From Microbacterium sp. (GTDB lineage: Bacteria > Actinomycetota > Actinomycetes > Actinomycetales > Microbacteriaceae): a stretch of 32,505 bases of DNA. The DNA lies in the NCBI GenBank assembly GCA_040509015.1, contig JBEVLS010000079.1:1-32505 (forward strand), in the 5' to 3' direction. The translations under genes were made by a program, and so were the position numbers. The notes under the pieces are model-generated. The model saw only the letters and a program-made list of their open reading frames with translations, made no database searches and had not been told where the DNA came from. Positions 16,758 through 25,480 of the stretch are shown piece after piece. The first letter of the stretch is position 1; every line of letters begins with the position of its first letter.

Positions 16758-18217
16758 CGCCCTGCCCCCGCGGTCTCGAGGACGGGCACGGATGCCGGGG
16801 CTTCCGCGTCCGCGTCGGAGCGGTGCGCGTTGGTGTGCTCGGTCTTCTCCCATGACGTGTCGCCGCGACCCTCGCGGATGACGGCGCGCATCGCGGCCAC
16901 CGCGAGGAACACCTGGAACGGGATCGTCCCGAGGACGAGCCGGACGTAGTCCCTGACACGCACCTTCTCGCCGTACAGGCGTCCGAACTCCCCGAGGCCG
17001 GCGACCTCGACGGCGACCGTCACGATCGTCGGGATCAGCGGGAGGAAGGTGATGAGCGCGACGGCCGTGGGCACCTTCACGAAGAAGATCAGCAGGAGCG
17101 ACAGCGGGATCAGGATGCCCGTCGCCGCCTGCAGGAACGGCATCGACAGCAGGTAGCGGGCGAACATGCGCTGCGACAGGGTGGGGAGCTTGCGCCACTC
17201 CCCCTTGCGCAGCACCTGCAGGAAGCCCTGGTTCCAACGCGTCCGCTGCTTGAGCAGGCTCTTGAACGTCGGCGGGGTCTCTTCCCTCGTGACGTACTCG
17301 GGGCTGTAGGCGACCGCGACGCGGGCTCCCTGGCTCGAGAGCCGCACACCGAGCTCGCAGTCCTCGGCGAGGCACTCCGCGTCCCAGCCGTCGTTGCGCT
17401 CGAGCGCGTCCCGCATGACGAAGACCGTGTTGCCGCCGAGCGGGATGAACCGCGCACCGGCGTGGAAGTGCAGCCTCGAGCGGAACCAGAAGTAGTACTC
17501 CAGCACGTTCCGCAGCGACCACCAGCTCGAGCGGAAGTTCATGAGCTGCACGCCGCCCTGCACGACGACCGCGCCGGTCTCGCTGAACCGCGAGTCGATG
17601 TGGCGGAGCAGGTCGGGGTGCACCTCGTCCTCGGCGTCGAACACGCCGACGACCTGGCCGGTCGCGTAGGGAAGTGCCCTGTTGAGCGCTTTCGGCTTGT
17701 TCTTGGGGACGCTGTCGTCGACGACGACCTCGATGAGATCCGGATGCCGCGCCGCCGCCGCGCGGCACACCGCCTCGGTTCCGGGGTCGTCGTCGCCCAC
17801 GATCGCGATGATCTGCACGTTCGGGTGGGACTGCGCGGCGAGCGCGTCGAGGGTCTGGCCCATGACGGCCTCTTCGTGGCGCCCGGGGACGAGGAGCGTG
17901 AACGTGTGCCGCGGCTCGTGCGGCACCTGCGAGAACGCGGTGCCGCGGTACGTGCCCCGCGAGCGCCACGCGTAGAGCATCCACCACAGCGTCGACAGCG
18001 CGACGGCGCTCAGGGCGATCGCGAGGCCCACGAGCCCGACCCAGGCGCCGACGGCGACCCAGTCGATGGATCCTGCGGCGGTCTGAGCCGTGTCGACGAC
18101 GGCGGGGTCGACGATCTCGCGGTTCGGGCCGATGTCGGATCCGGGGGCTTCGGGGACGGGGGTGAGGAGTGGTCCGGGGTCGGTGTCGAGCGCGGTGGTG
18201 AGCGGGCGAGCGATCAT
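16754..18217 (-). CDS. Processive GT2 polysaccharide synthase (cellulose/PNAG-synthase-like)
   Basis: N-terminal TM; DDD, KPKALN, FDAED, AEDCELG and QRTRW (D,D,D,QxxRW signature); C-terminal TMs and WEKTEH; no PilZ domain seen. Confidence 0.9.
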   Translation of the reverse strand: MIARPLTTALDTDPGPLLTPVPEAPGSDIGPNREIVDPAVVDTAQTAAGSIDWVAVGAWVGLVGLAIALSAVALSTLWWMLYAWRSRGTYRGTAFSQVPHEPRHTFTLLVPGRHEEAVMGQTLDALAAQSHPNVQIIAIVGDDDPGTEAVCRAAAARHPDLIEVVVDDSVPKNKPKALNRALPYATGQVVGVFDAEDEVHPDLLRHIDSRFSETGAVVVQGGVQLMNFRSSWWSLRNVLEYYFWFRSRLHFHAGARFIPLGGNTVFVMRDALERNDGWDAECLAEDCELGVRLSSQGARVAVAYSPEYVTREETPPTFKSLLKQRTRWNQGFLQVLRKGEWRKLPTLSQRMFARYLLSMPFLQAATGILIPLSLLLIFFVKVPTAVALITFLPLIPTIVTVAVEVAGLGEFGRLYGEKVRVRDYVRLVLGTIPFQVFLAVAAMRAVIREGRGDTSWEKTEHTNAHRSDADAEAPASVPVLETAGAGR

Positions 18218-18735
18218 GCGCGAGCCTCCTGGGGGGTTCGGAAGACGAAGAAGCGGTAGGTGACGTAGCGGAACAGCGTGCCCAGCGCGAGGCCCACCAC
18301 GTTCCCCGCGATGTTGTCGGCGAGGGTCGAGGTGAATCCGAGGACGTAGTGCGAGACGAACAGGCAGGCCGCGGCGACGGCGAGGCCGCCCGCGTTGGCC
18401 AGGACGAACAGGACGAACTCCCGCGGCGCGGCGCGTCCGCGTCGCGTGCGGAAGGTCAGCTGCCGGTGCCCGATCCAGGCGACGAGGGTCGCCACGCTCG
18501 CCGACACGACCTTCGCCCAGACCACCTGGTCGGGCATGATCGTCGCGCGCAGCAGGTTGTAGCCGCCCACGTCGACGACGAAGGCGATGAGCCCGACGAC
18601 GCCGAAGGTGGCGAGTTCGGGGAGCAGACGGATGAAGGCGCCGAAGGCGCGGCGGATGGTGTCGGACGGGGAATGGACGACCGTGGAGGCCCGACCGATG
18701 AGCGAACCCCAGCGCTTCTCGGTATGAGAGGTCAT
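18214..18735 (-). CDS. GtrA-family lipid-linked sugar flippase
   Basis: FGVVGLIAFVVDVGGYNLL, HRQLTF, FVLAN and FRYVTYRFFVF motifs; four TM-like segments; stop overlaps the GT2 start (ATGA). Exact start uncertain. Confidence 0.88.
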   Translation of the reverse strand: MTSHTEKRWGSLIGRASTVVHSPSDTIRRAFGAFIRLLPELATFGVVGLIAFVVDVGGYNLLRATIMPDQVVWAKVVSASVATLVAWIGHRQLTFRTRRGRAAPREFVLFVLANAGGLAVAAACLFVSHYVLGFTSTLADNIAGNVVGLALGTLFRYVTYRFFVFRTPQEARA

Positions 18736-18782
18736 ATAGGCGCTTCGGGGCGGTCGGCGATGCGGTTTGGACGCACCGCGCC

Positions 18783-18814
18783 TTTGTGACGCTTGTTTAC
18801 ACGCTGTTCACAAA
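18783..18814. promoter_or_regulatory. Candidate transcription-factor site upstream of the glycan operon
   Basis: TTTGTGA-N18-TCACAAA inverted repeat overlapping the 11-bp-period direct repeat GTTTAC-N5-GTTCAC (18795-18811); AT-rich patch. Confidence 0.5.
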
Positions 18815-18833
18815 CAGCCCGGCTCGCTCAGCC

Positions 18834-18854
18834 CAGGTCAGGTCAGGTCAGGTC
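18834..18854. repeat. Tandem pentamer (CAGGT)4 across the GH15 stop codon
   Basis: CAGGTCAGGTCAGGTCAGGTC read directly from the sequence. Confidence 0.9.
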
Positions 18855-20630
18855 GTCGATCGTCAGGGCGGCCTCGATGAGGGCGAGATGACTGAGACCC
18901 TGCGGCAGGTTGCCCCAGAAGTCCCCCGTGTCGGGATCGATCATCTCCGAGAAGACCGAGACGTCGTTGCCCTGCTCGACGAGGTCGTCCATCGCCTCGA
19001 TCGCCTCGTCACCGCGCCCGACGCAGGCGAGGGCTGCCGCGCGCCAGAATCCGCACGCGACGAAGGCGAACTCCTCGCGCTCCGCGCCCGTGTAGCGGTA
19101 GAGGTGCGAGCCCGCGCCGAGCTTCGCGGTGAGGGCGTCGATCGTGCGCGACATGCGCTCGCCCCGGTCGAATCCGCTGATCGAGTGCAGCAGGACGGAC
19201 GCGTCGAGATCGTCGGTTCCGGGGTGCATCACGTAGGCACCGCGCGGCTCGGACCAGCAGTTCTCATCGATCCAGTCCCGGATGCGGCGCTGCTCCGCCC
19301 GCCACCGATCCGAGCTCCCCGCCACCTGGCCGGCCTCCGCGAGGTGGATCGCGTCGCCCAGCGCCTGCCAGCAGCCCATCTTCGACGACGTGTAGTGCTG
19401 CTGCTCGGGAAGCTCCCACATCCCCGCGTCGCGGTTGCGCCACAGATCGCAGGTGCGGTCGGCGATCTCGGCCAGCATCCGGCCCGTGGCGACGTCGAGC
19501 ACGTTGCCCGCGTCGACGTAGGTCCGGCAGATGGCGAGCAGGTCTCCGAACACCCCCAGCTGCAGCTGGCCCTGAGCGGGGTTCCCCGTGACGACGGGGC
19601 CGATTCCGCGCCATCCTGCGACGTCGTACTTCTCGACGGACTGCGGTACCTCGCCGTCGAGGCCGTAGAAGATGCGCAGTTCGGGACCGTGCTCGCGGAT
19701 CGTGCGCAGAAGCCACGAGACCGCGGCATGGGTCTCCTCGCGGAGTCCGAACCGGACGAGGGCGTGGGCCGTGTAGGCGAGGTCGCGCACCCAGGCGTAC
19801 CGGTAGTCCCAGTTCTTGCCGCCCTGCGGGCTCTCGGGCAGCGACGACGTCGCCGCGGCGGCGATCGCTCCCGTCGGGCTGAAGATCAGCTGTTTCAGCG
19901 TCAGCGCGCTGCGGCGCACGTCCGGTCCCCAGCGACCGTCGTACGAGAACTCGCGCGACCACGTGCGCCAGGCCGCGATCGTGCGATCGATGCCCTGGTC
20001 GACGATCGCCGGATCGGGGAGGTGCAGCGGCTCGTCGTGCGTCGCGACCACGACGAGAAGGTGGCGTGACCCGGCGCCCGTGGTGAACCGTCCCGTCAGC
20101 GCGGGCATCCCCTCCGAGCCCGCCGTCGCCGGACCGTGGTCGCTGCCGACCACAGCGATCGACGTGTCGCCCGACCGGATGATCGGGCCTTCACGGCTCT
20201 CTTCGATCCAAGGCGATGCCGTTCCCAGGGCCGTGCCGGGAAGCACGCGCCACGCGAACTCCACCGCGCCTTCGACGCCGTCGATGCGTCGGGCGAGCTC
20301 CGCCCAGGGCAGCCGACCTGCCACGCCGGTGACCATCGCGTCGGTGACGGTCGCCTTTCCGCGGGGCGTGGTGAAGGTCGTGCGCAGCACGTTCGTCCCG
20401 CTGACGTAGCGCCGCCGGACGGTGTACTCGCCGACCGGCTCGAGTTCGATGCACCCTCCGGTCTCGTCGTCGAGCAGTCGCGCGAACACGGGCAGGGATC
20501 CGAGGTTCGGGATCGGGAGCCAGTCGACCTGACCGCGGAGGCCGATCAGTGCGACCGTGCGACCGTCGCCGATCGGGGCGTACGAGCGCAGATCCTCGCC
20601 GCGGACCGCGGTTTCGTCGGGGGATGCCAC
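18843..20630 (-). CDS. GH15 glycoside hydrolase (trehalase/glucoamylase-like)
   Basis: YAPIGDGRTVAL, AAATSSLPE, NWDYRYAWVRD, DAGMWE, LDASVL, FSEMID and GNLPQGLSH motifs. Confidence 0.92.
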   Translation of the reverse strand: MASPDETAVRGEDLRSYAPIGDGRTVALIGLRGQVDWLPIPNLGSLPVFARLLDDETGGCIELEPVGEYTVRRRYVSGTNVLRTTFTTPRGKATVTDAMVTGVAGRLPWAELARRIDGVEGAVEFAWRVLPGTALGTASPWIEESREGPIIRSGDTSIAVVGSDHGPATAGSEGMPALTGRFTTGAGSRHLLVVVATHDEPLHLPDPAIVDQGIDRTIAAWRTWSREFSYDGRWGPDVRRSALTLKQLIFSPTGAIAAAATSSLPESPQGGKNWDYRYAWVRDLAYTAHALVRFGLREETHAAVSWLLRTIREHGPELRIFYGLDGEVPQSVEKYDVAGWRGIGPVVTGNPAQGQLQLGVFGDLLAICRTYVDAGNVLDVATGRMLAEIADRTCDLWRNRDAGMWELPEQQHYTSSKMGCWQALGDAIHLAEAGQVAGSSDRWRAEQRRIRDWIDENCWSEPRGAYVMHPGTDDLDASVLLHSISGFDRGERMSRTIDALTAKLGAGSHLYRYTGAEREEFAFVACGFWRAAALACVGRGDEAIEAMDDLVEQGNDVSVFSEMIDPDTGDFWGNLPQGLSHLALIEAALTIDDLT

Positions 20631-20633
20631 GGC

Positions 20634-21602
20634 TCAGAGTTCGCGCAGCGCCTCGAGGAGCGGTCCGGCCGCCTGATCGAGGAATGCCGACTGGCCGTCG
20701 TCACCGACCTGCACGAGTGCCACGTCGGTGAAGCCGGCGTCCAGGTACTCCTTCACGCCCGCGACGATCTTGTCGAGGTCCGGACCGCACGGGATCGCGT
20801 CGGCGACGTCCTCCGGACGGACGAACTGACTCGCACCCTCGAATCCCGCCGGCGTCGGCAGGTCGGCGTTCACGGCCCACCCTCCGGCGAACCACCGGAA
20901 CTGATCGTGCGCCCGTGCGACGGCGGTCTTCTCGTCGGGATCCCAGCTGATCGGCATCTGGCCGATCTTGCGCGACCCGCCCCCGTGCGCCGCGTCCCAC
21001 GCCGCGATCGCGTCGGCGTCGGGCTGGACGGCGACCGCATGGTCGGCGAGCGGAGCGAAGCGCTCGATCGACTTCTCACCCGAGATCGCCACCGCCAGCG
21101 GCACGGCCTTCTCGGGGACGTCCCAGATGCGGGCCGAATCGACGCGGAAGTACTCGCCCTCCCACGTCGTGAGCTCGCCCGTGTGCAGCTCCCGGATGAT
21201 CTCGATCGCCTCGACGAGCATGTCCTGGCGCGCGTTCACCGCCGGCCAGCCCTCGCCGATCACGTGCTCGTTGAGGTTCTCACCCGAGCCGAGCCCGAGG
21301 ATGAAGCGCCCCTCGGCGAGGTCCTGCAGGGTCGCGGCCTTCTGAGCGACGATCGCCGGGTGGTAGCGCATCGTCGGACACGTGACATAGGTCATCAGCT
21401 CCACGCGCGAGGTCGCGTGCGCCACGGCGCCGAGCATCGTCCACGCGTACGGCGCGTGCCCCTGGCTCGTCAGCCACGGCGAGTAGTGGTCACTGGAGAC
21501 CTCGAAGTCGAACCCGACCTCTTCGGCGGCGACGGCGTACCGCACGAGGTCCCTCGCGCCGCTCTGCTCCGTCATCAGCGTGTATCCGAACCGTGCGGTC
21601 AT
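20634..21602 (-). CDS. LLM-class F420-dependent oxidoreductase (G6PDH-related family)
   Basis: GYTLMTEQ, SDHYSPW, VTCPTMRYHPAIVAQ and LGLGSGENLNEH motifs; GAAGGAG RBS. Confidence 0.9.
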   Translation of the reverse strand: MTARFGYTLMTEQSGARDLVRYAVAAEEVGFDFEVSSDHYSPWLTSQGHAPYAWTMLGAVAHATSRVELMTYVTCPTMRYHPAIVAQKAATLQDLAEGRFILGLGSGENLNEHVIGEGWPAVNARQDMLVEAIEIIRELHTGELTTWEGEYFRVDSARIWDVPEKAVPLAVAISGEKSIERFAPLADHAVAVQPDADAIAAWDAAHGGGSRKIGQMPISWDPDEKTAVARAHDQFRWFAGGWAVNADLPTPAGFEGASQFVRPEDVADAIPCGPDLDKIVAGVKEYLDAGFTDVALVQVGDDGQSAFLDQAAGPLLEALREL

Positions 21603-21643
21603 CGTGCTGCTCCTTCGTGGTCGAGAGTCGTTCTCATCGCGTG

Positions 21644-22444
21644 TCAGATGGTGGCCACCGAGCCGGAGTCGACCCGGGAGTTGGAACCGTTGACGAACGA
21701 CGCGCGGTCCGAGCAGAGGAACGCGATGACGGACGCGACCTCTTCCGGCTCACCGCGTCTGCCGAGCTCCATGTAGGGCCGCTCCTCGGCGAGGAACGAG
21801 GTGATCGCCTTGGCCGGAGTCGTTCCGAGCTCATCCGCGCGCTTGCGCATCATCGCGTCGGTCATCGGGGTGTGGATGAACGCAGGCGAGACGGCGTTGA
21901 CGAGCAGCCCTTCCGACGCGTACGAGCGCGACAGTCCCTTCGCGAGGGCGAGGATGCCGGCCTTGGCGGCGCAGTAGGGGAGTTCGTCATCGTACGGCTG
22001 CACCGCGTCCTCGGACGCGAGGAAGACGAGGCGACCCCACCCGCCCTTGCGCAGCGACGGCAGGAACTGCCGGACGAGTCGGACCGGACCGATGAGGTCG
22101 GTCTCGATGGTCTTGGTCCATCCCTCGTCGGTGATCTCGTGGAACAGTCCCTGCGCCCCTGTCACGCCCGCGGACTGCACCAGGATGTCGATGTCGCCCA
22201 CGGCATCCTGGACCTTCTCGTGGAGGCCGGCGAGCGAATCGACGCTCGTGATGTCCGCGTCGAAGGCGAAGAGCCTGCCCTCAGGCGCTTTGAGGTCCTT
22301 CGCCGCGGCCGCGAGCGAATCCGCGTCCTGATCGGAGATGACGACGGTGGCACCCTCGTCGAGGAGGAGCTTGGCTGTGTGCCATCCGATCCCGGAGTCG
22401 CCTCCGGTGATCAGGGCGGTTCGTCCGGTGATTCCGAGGTCCAT
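21644..22444 (-). CDS. SDR family oxidoreductase
   Basis: TGGDSGIG, SAG, YCAAK, NAVSP motifs. ATG 22444 preferred over GTG 22453 because of the -10 placement. Confidence 0.92.
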   Translation of the reverse strand: MDLGITGRTALITGGDSGIGWHTAKLLLDEGATVVISDQDADSLAAAAKDLKAPEGRLFAFDADITSVDSLAGLHEKVQDAVGDIDILVQSAGVTGAQGLFHEITDEGWTKTIETDLIGPVRLVRQFLPSLRKGGWGRLVFLASEDAVQPYDDELPYCAAKAGILALAKGLSRSYASEGLLVNAVSPAFIHTPMTDAMMRKRADELGTTPAKAITSFLAEERPYMELGRRGEPEEVASVIAFLCSDRASFVNGSNSRVDSGSVATI

Positions 22445-22451
22445 GGCCCCC

Positions 22452-22457
22452 ACGCTA
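22452..22457 (-). promoter_or_regulatory. -10 (TAGCGT) of a probably leaderless SDR-LLM-GH15 transcript
   Basis: TAnnnT 7 nt upstream of ATG 22444; no clear RBS. Confidence 0.55.
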
Positions 22458-22520
22458 CGAACGGTCGACGGAGTCCTTCAGGGCCTTGACCTTCCCCTCG
22501 CCACCCGATAACGCACGAGC

Positions 22521-22540
22521 TATATTCAGAAGACGATGAA
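22521..22540 (+). promoter_or_regulatory. -10 TATATT overlapped by a TTCA-N8-TGAA palindrome (possible GbsR/MarR operator)
   Basis: TATATT 22521-22526; TTCA 22525-22528 and TGAA 22537-22540 span the start of the hydrolase-regulator operon. Confidence 0.45.
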
Positions 22541-23366
22541 AATGATGAGGACGATCGAGATGCCGACTGCCGGCATCCGCTACACCGACACCGGCGGACG
22601 CGGGCCCCTCGTCGTCCTCACGCACGGCGCCGGCATGGACCACACGATGTGGCGCGCACAGGCGGAGGCGCTCGAAGCGTCGGGCCTGAGGGTGATCCAG
22701 TGGGACCTGCGCGGCCACGGGGACTCCGTCATGCGTCCCGGGACGAGGTTCACCGCCGCGGACGCCCTCGACGACCTGTCAGAGCTCCTGGATGCCGCGG
22801 GCAGCACTTCGACCGTGCTGGTCGGGCACTCCCTCGGCGGCAACCTCGTGCAGGAGTTCACCCGCCGGTATCCCACCGCCGTCGACGGACTCATCGTGCT
22901 CGACTCGACGTGGAATCAGGGGCCGCTCAACGCCGCGGAGCGTCTCGCGCTGCGGTCGGCCGCGCCGCTGCTGGGTCTCGTTCCGGCCCGTCGACTGCCC
23001 GCGCTGATGGCGCGTGCGTCGGCGGTGACCCCCGCGGCGATCGAGCAGACCCGAGCCGCGTTCGCTCGGATGCCGAAGCAGACCTTCCTCGATGTGTGGC
23101 GTGCCACCGCGTCGTTGATCGAGCCCGACGCGAGCTATCGCACACCGATACCGCTCGCTCTCATCCGCGGCGCGGAGGACCGCACGGGCAACATCGCGGT
23201 CGCGATGCGCCGATGGGCGGAGGCGGAGGGCGTCGAGGCCGAGGTGATTCCGGACGCCGGGCACATCGTGACCCTCGATGCCCCGGACGCGACTTCTCGC
23301 GCGATCCTGCGGACGCTCGAGATGTGGGGCCACACCGCCGCCGCGGACGCCGGAGCATCGTCGTGA
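22536..23366 (+). CDS. Alpha/beta hydrolase
   Basis: THGAGMD, WDLRGHG, GHSLGG, GAEDRT and AGHIV motifs; several in-frame ATGs near the start. Confidence 0.9.
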   Translation: MKMMRTIEMPTAGIRYTDTGGRGPLVVLTHGAGMDHTMWRAQAEALEASGLRVIQWDLRGHGDSVMRPGTRFTAADALDDLSELLDAAGSTSTVLVGHSLGGNLVQEFTRRYPTAVDGLIVLDSTWNQGPLNAAERLALRSAAPLLGLVPARRLPALMARASAVTPAAIEQTRAAFARMPKQTFLDVWRATASLIEPDASYRTPIPLALIRGAEDRTGNIAVAMRRWAEAEGVEAEVIPDAGHIVTLDAPDATSRAILRTLEMWGHTAAADAGASS

Positions 23367-23812
23367 TCGACGAGCGTGCGCGCTTCGTCGACGCGATGGG
23401 CGACACACTCGCTTCGTGGAACCTGCCTCGGGCCACGGGGAGGCTCTACGGCCACCTCCTCCTCCTGGCCGAACCCGCCACATCCGAGCAGCTGCGCGAG
23501 GACCTCGGCCTCAGCGCCGGCGCGGTGAGCACGTCCACCAGGGAGCTCGTGTCGTGGGGGCTGGCCCGCACGATCCCCCAGCCCGGCAGCAGACGGCTGC
23601 TCGTCGAAGCGACGGGAGGATTCGAGCAGCTTCTCGCCGCGAGTCACGAGCGCGCCCGCGCGTTCATCCGCACGCTGCGCGCCGCCGAGTCGTTCGCCGA
23701 CCCCGGCACCGCGTCCGAACGTCTGCGCGACGTCTCCGATCTGTACGCGGCGTACATCGATGCGGGTGAGCAGATGCTGCGGCGGCACCGCGAGGACCCG
23801 CTCACGCGGTAG
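23363..23812 (+). CDS. GbsR/MarR-family transcriptional regulator
   Basis: GTGA overlap with the hydrolase stop. FVDAMG...WNLPRATGRLYGHLLL, LGLSAGAVSTSTREL and PGSRR wHTH; it is the tail of ORF 22649..23812. Confidence 0.87.
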   Translation: MIDERARFVDAMGDTLASWNLPRATGRLYGHLLLLAEPATSEQLREDLGLSAGAVSTSTRELVSWGLARTIPQPGSRRLLVEATGGFEQLLAASHERARAFIRTLRAAESFADPGTASERLRDVSDLYAAYIDAGEQMLRRHREDPLTR

Positions 23813-23817
23813 TCGCG

Positions 23818-23843
23818 GCATCCGTTCCCGCCCCGGCTCCGAA
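23818..23843 (+). promoter_or_regulatory. SigK-like ECF promoter GCATCC-N15-CCGAA
   Basis: One mismatch to the mycobacterial SigK consensus CCATCC-N15-CCGAA as I recall it, with exact spacing; 44 nt upstream of the Mo-oxidoreductase start. Confidence 0.65.
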
Positions 23844-23887
23844 CAACCCCCCGAGGCGCACCGGAATCGGTGGGGTGGGAGTTCGAC

Positions 23888-25450
23888 GTGGGTAAGCGCA
23901 GAGATCGCGTACGGTTCGTGTTCTGGTCGGCGATCGCCGGAGTGGTGAGCGCGGCGGTGTTCCTCGCGGTCGCCGAAGTGGCCGCGCTGCTGATGGCCCG
24001 CGACGCGAGCCCGATCCTCGCGGTCGGGTCGTTCGTCATCGACATCGTGCCCCAGCCGTTCAAGGAGTTCGCGATCGCGACGTTCGGCGAGTACGACAAG
24101 ATCGCCCTCCTCGCGGGCCTCGCCCTCGCCGTCGTCATCGCCTCTGCGATCGCGGGAGTGCTCCAGCTCGTCCGGCCCCCGCTCGGCGTCATCGCGCTGG
24201 TCATCGCGGGCGCCCTGTCGACCGCGGCGATCCTGACGCGCGCCGCCGTCACTCCGCTCTCGTTCGTGCCGCCCGTGCTGGGCACGGTGGCCGGATCGAT
24301 CGTCCTGATCCTGCTCGCCCGGCGCCTGCGCGCGTGGAGAGCCGCGTCGCAGGACACCGAGGCCGCCACTACCGGCAAGAGCATCGACCGTCGCAGATTC
24401 TTCCTTCTCGCCGGCATCGCAGGCGTCTCCGCCGTCGCCGTCGGCGTCGCGGCACGCGCGGTGACGATGGCCACGTCGTCGGTCGAGGCCATCCGCCGCG
24501 CTCTGCGTCTGCCCGCCCCGCGCTCCACGGTGACCGTGCCCGCCGGAGCCGAGCTCGACGTGCCGGGGATCACGCCGCTGTTCACCCCGAACGAGGACTT
24601 CTACCGCGTCGACACCGCCCTCACGGTGCCGTCGATCGACCCCGGCACCTGGCGTCTCGTGATCGACGGGATGGTCGATCAGCGCGTCGAGCTCACCTTC
24701 GACGACCTGCTCGCGATGGGACTCGACGAGTACGCGATCACCCTGACGTGCGTCTCGAACGAGGTCGGCGGCGAGCTCGCCGGGAACGCGATGTGGCTGG
24801 GAGTGCCTCTGCGCGACGTTCTTCGGATGGCCGGCCCGCAGTCGGGAGCCGACATGGTGCTGTCGCGCAGCGTCGACGGCTACACCGCGAGCACGCCGCT
24901 CTCGGCGCTCACCGACGACGGACTCGACGCGATCCTCGCCGTCGGGATGAACGGCGACCCCCTCCCCCTCGAGCACGGCTTCCCGGTGCGCATGGTCGTG
25001 CCGGGCCTCTACGGCTACGTCTCGGCCACGAAGTGGCTCACGGAGCTGAAGGTCACGACGTTCGCCGAGGATGAGGCGTACTGGACGCCGCGCGGATACG
25101 ACGCCGAGGCGCCCATCAAGTTCTCGTCCCGCGTGGACACCCCCAAGATCGGCAAGCCCGTCGCCGCGGGCCGCATCCCGATCGCCGGCGTCGCCTGGGC
25201 GCAGTCGGTGGGGATCGAGCGGGTCGAGGTGCGCATCGACGAGGGCGAGTGGCTGCCGGCGACGCTGTCGACGCCCATCAACGCGGACACGTGGGTGCAG
25301 TGGGTCATGGAATGGGATGCGACCCCCGGCACCCACTACGTCGGGGTGCGGGCCGTGAACAAGAACGGCGACCTGCAGATCGAGGAGCGCGCACCCATCG
25401 CTCCGAACGGCTCATCCGGCTGGCAGCGCTCGCTGATCACGGTGACCTGA
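23888..25450 (+). CDS. Membrane-bound molybdopterin-dependent oxidoreductase (sulfite oxidase family)
   Basis: GGGAG RBS before GTG 23888. N-terminal TMs, internal DRRRFFL Tat-like motif, FYRVDTAL, TLTCVSN (Mo-ligand Cys), EHGFPVRMVVPGLYGYVSATKW and a C-terminal dimerisation domain. Confidence 0.92.
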   Translation: MGKRRDRVRFVFWSAIAGVVSAAVFLAVAEVAALLMARDASPILAVGSFVIDIVPQPFKEFAIATFGEYDKIALLAGLALAVVIASAIAGVLQLVRPPLGVIALVIAGALSTAAILTRAAVTPLSFVPPVLGTVAGSIVLILLARRLRAWRAASQDTEAATTGKSIDRRRFFLLAGIAGVSAVAVGVAARAVTMATSSVEAIRRALRLPAPRSTVTVPAGAELDVPGITPLFTPNEDFYRVDTALTVPSIDPGTWRLVIDGMVDQRVELTFDDLLAMGLDEYAITLTCVSNEVGGELAGNAMWLGVPLRDVLRMAGPQSGADMVLSRSVDGYTASTPLSALTDDGLDAILAVGMNGDPLPLEHGFPVRMVVPGLYGYVSATKWLTELKVTTFAEDEAYWTPRGYDAEAPIKFSSRVDTPKIGKPVAAGRIPIAGVAWAQSVGIERVEVRIDEGEWLPATLSTPINADTWVQWVMEWDATPGTHYVGVRAVNKNGDLQIEERAPIAPNGSSGWQRSLITVT

Positions 25451-25480
25451 GGACCGCGTCCTCGAGACGCGCCCCCGAGG

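Noticed and set aside
14787-17987. 1066-aa ORF suggesting a giant fused glycosyltransferase
   Set aside because: The first 410 codons are an Arg-rich off-frame shadow of the GT2 gene; the real GT-C starts at ATG 16757 in an ATGA overlap.
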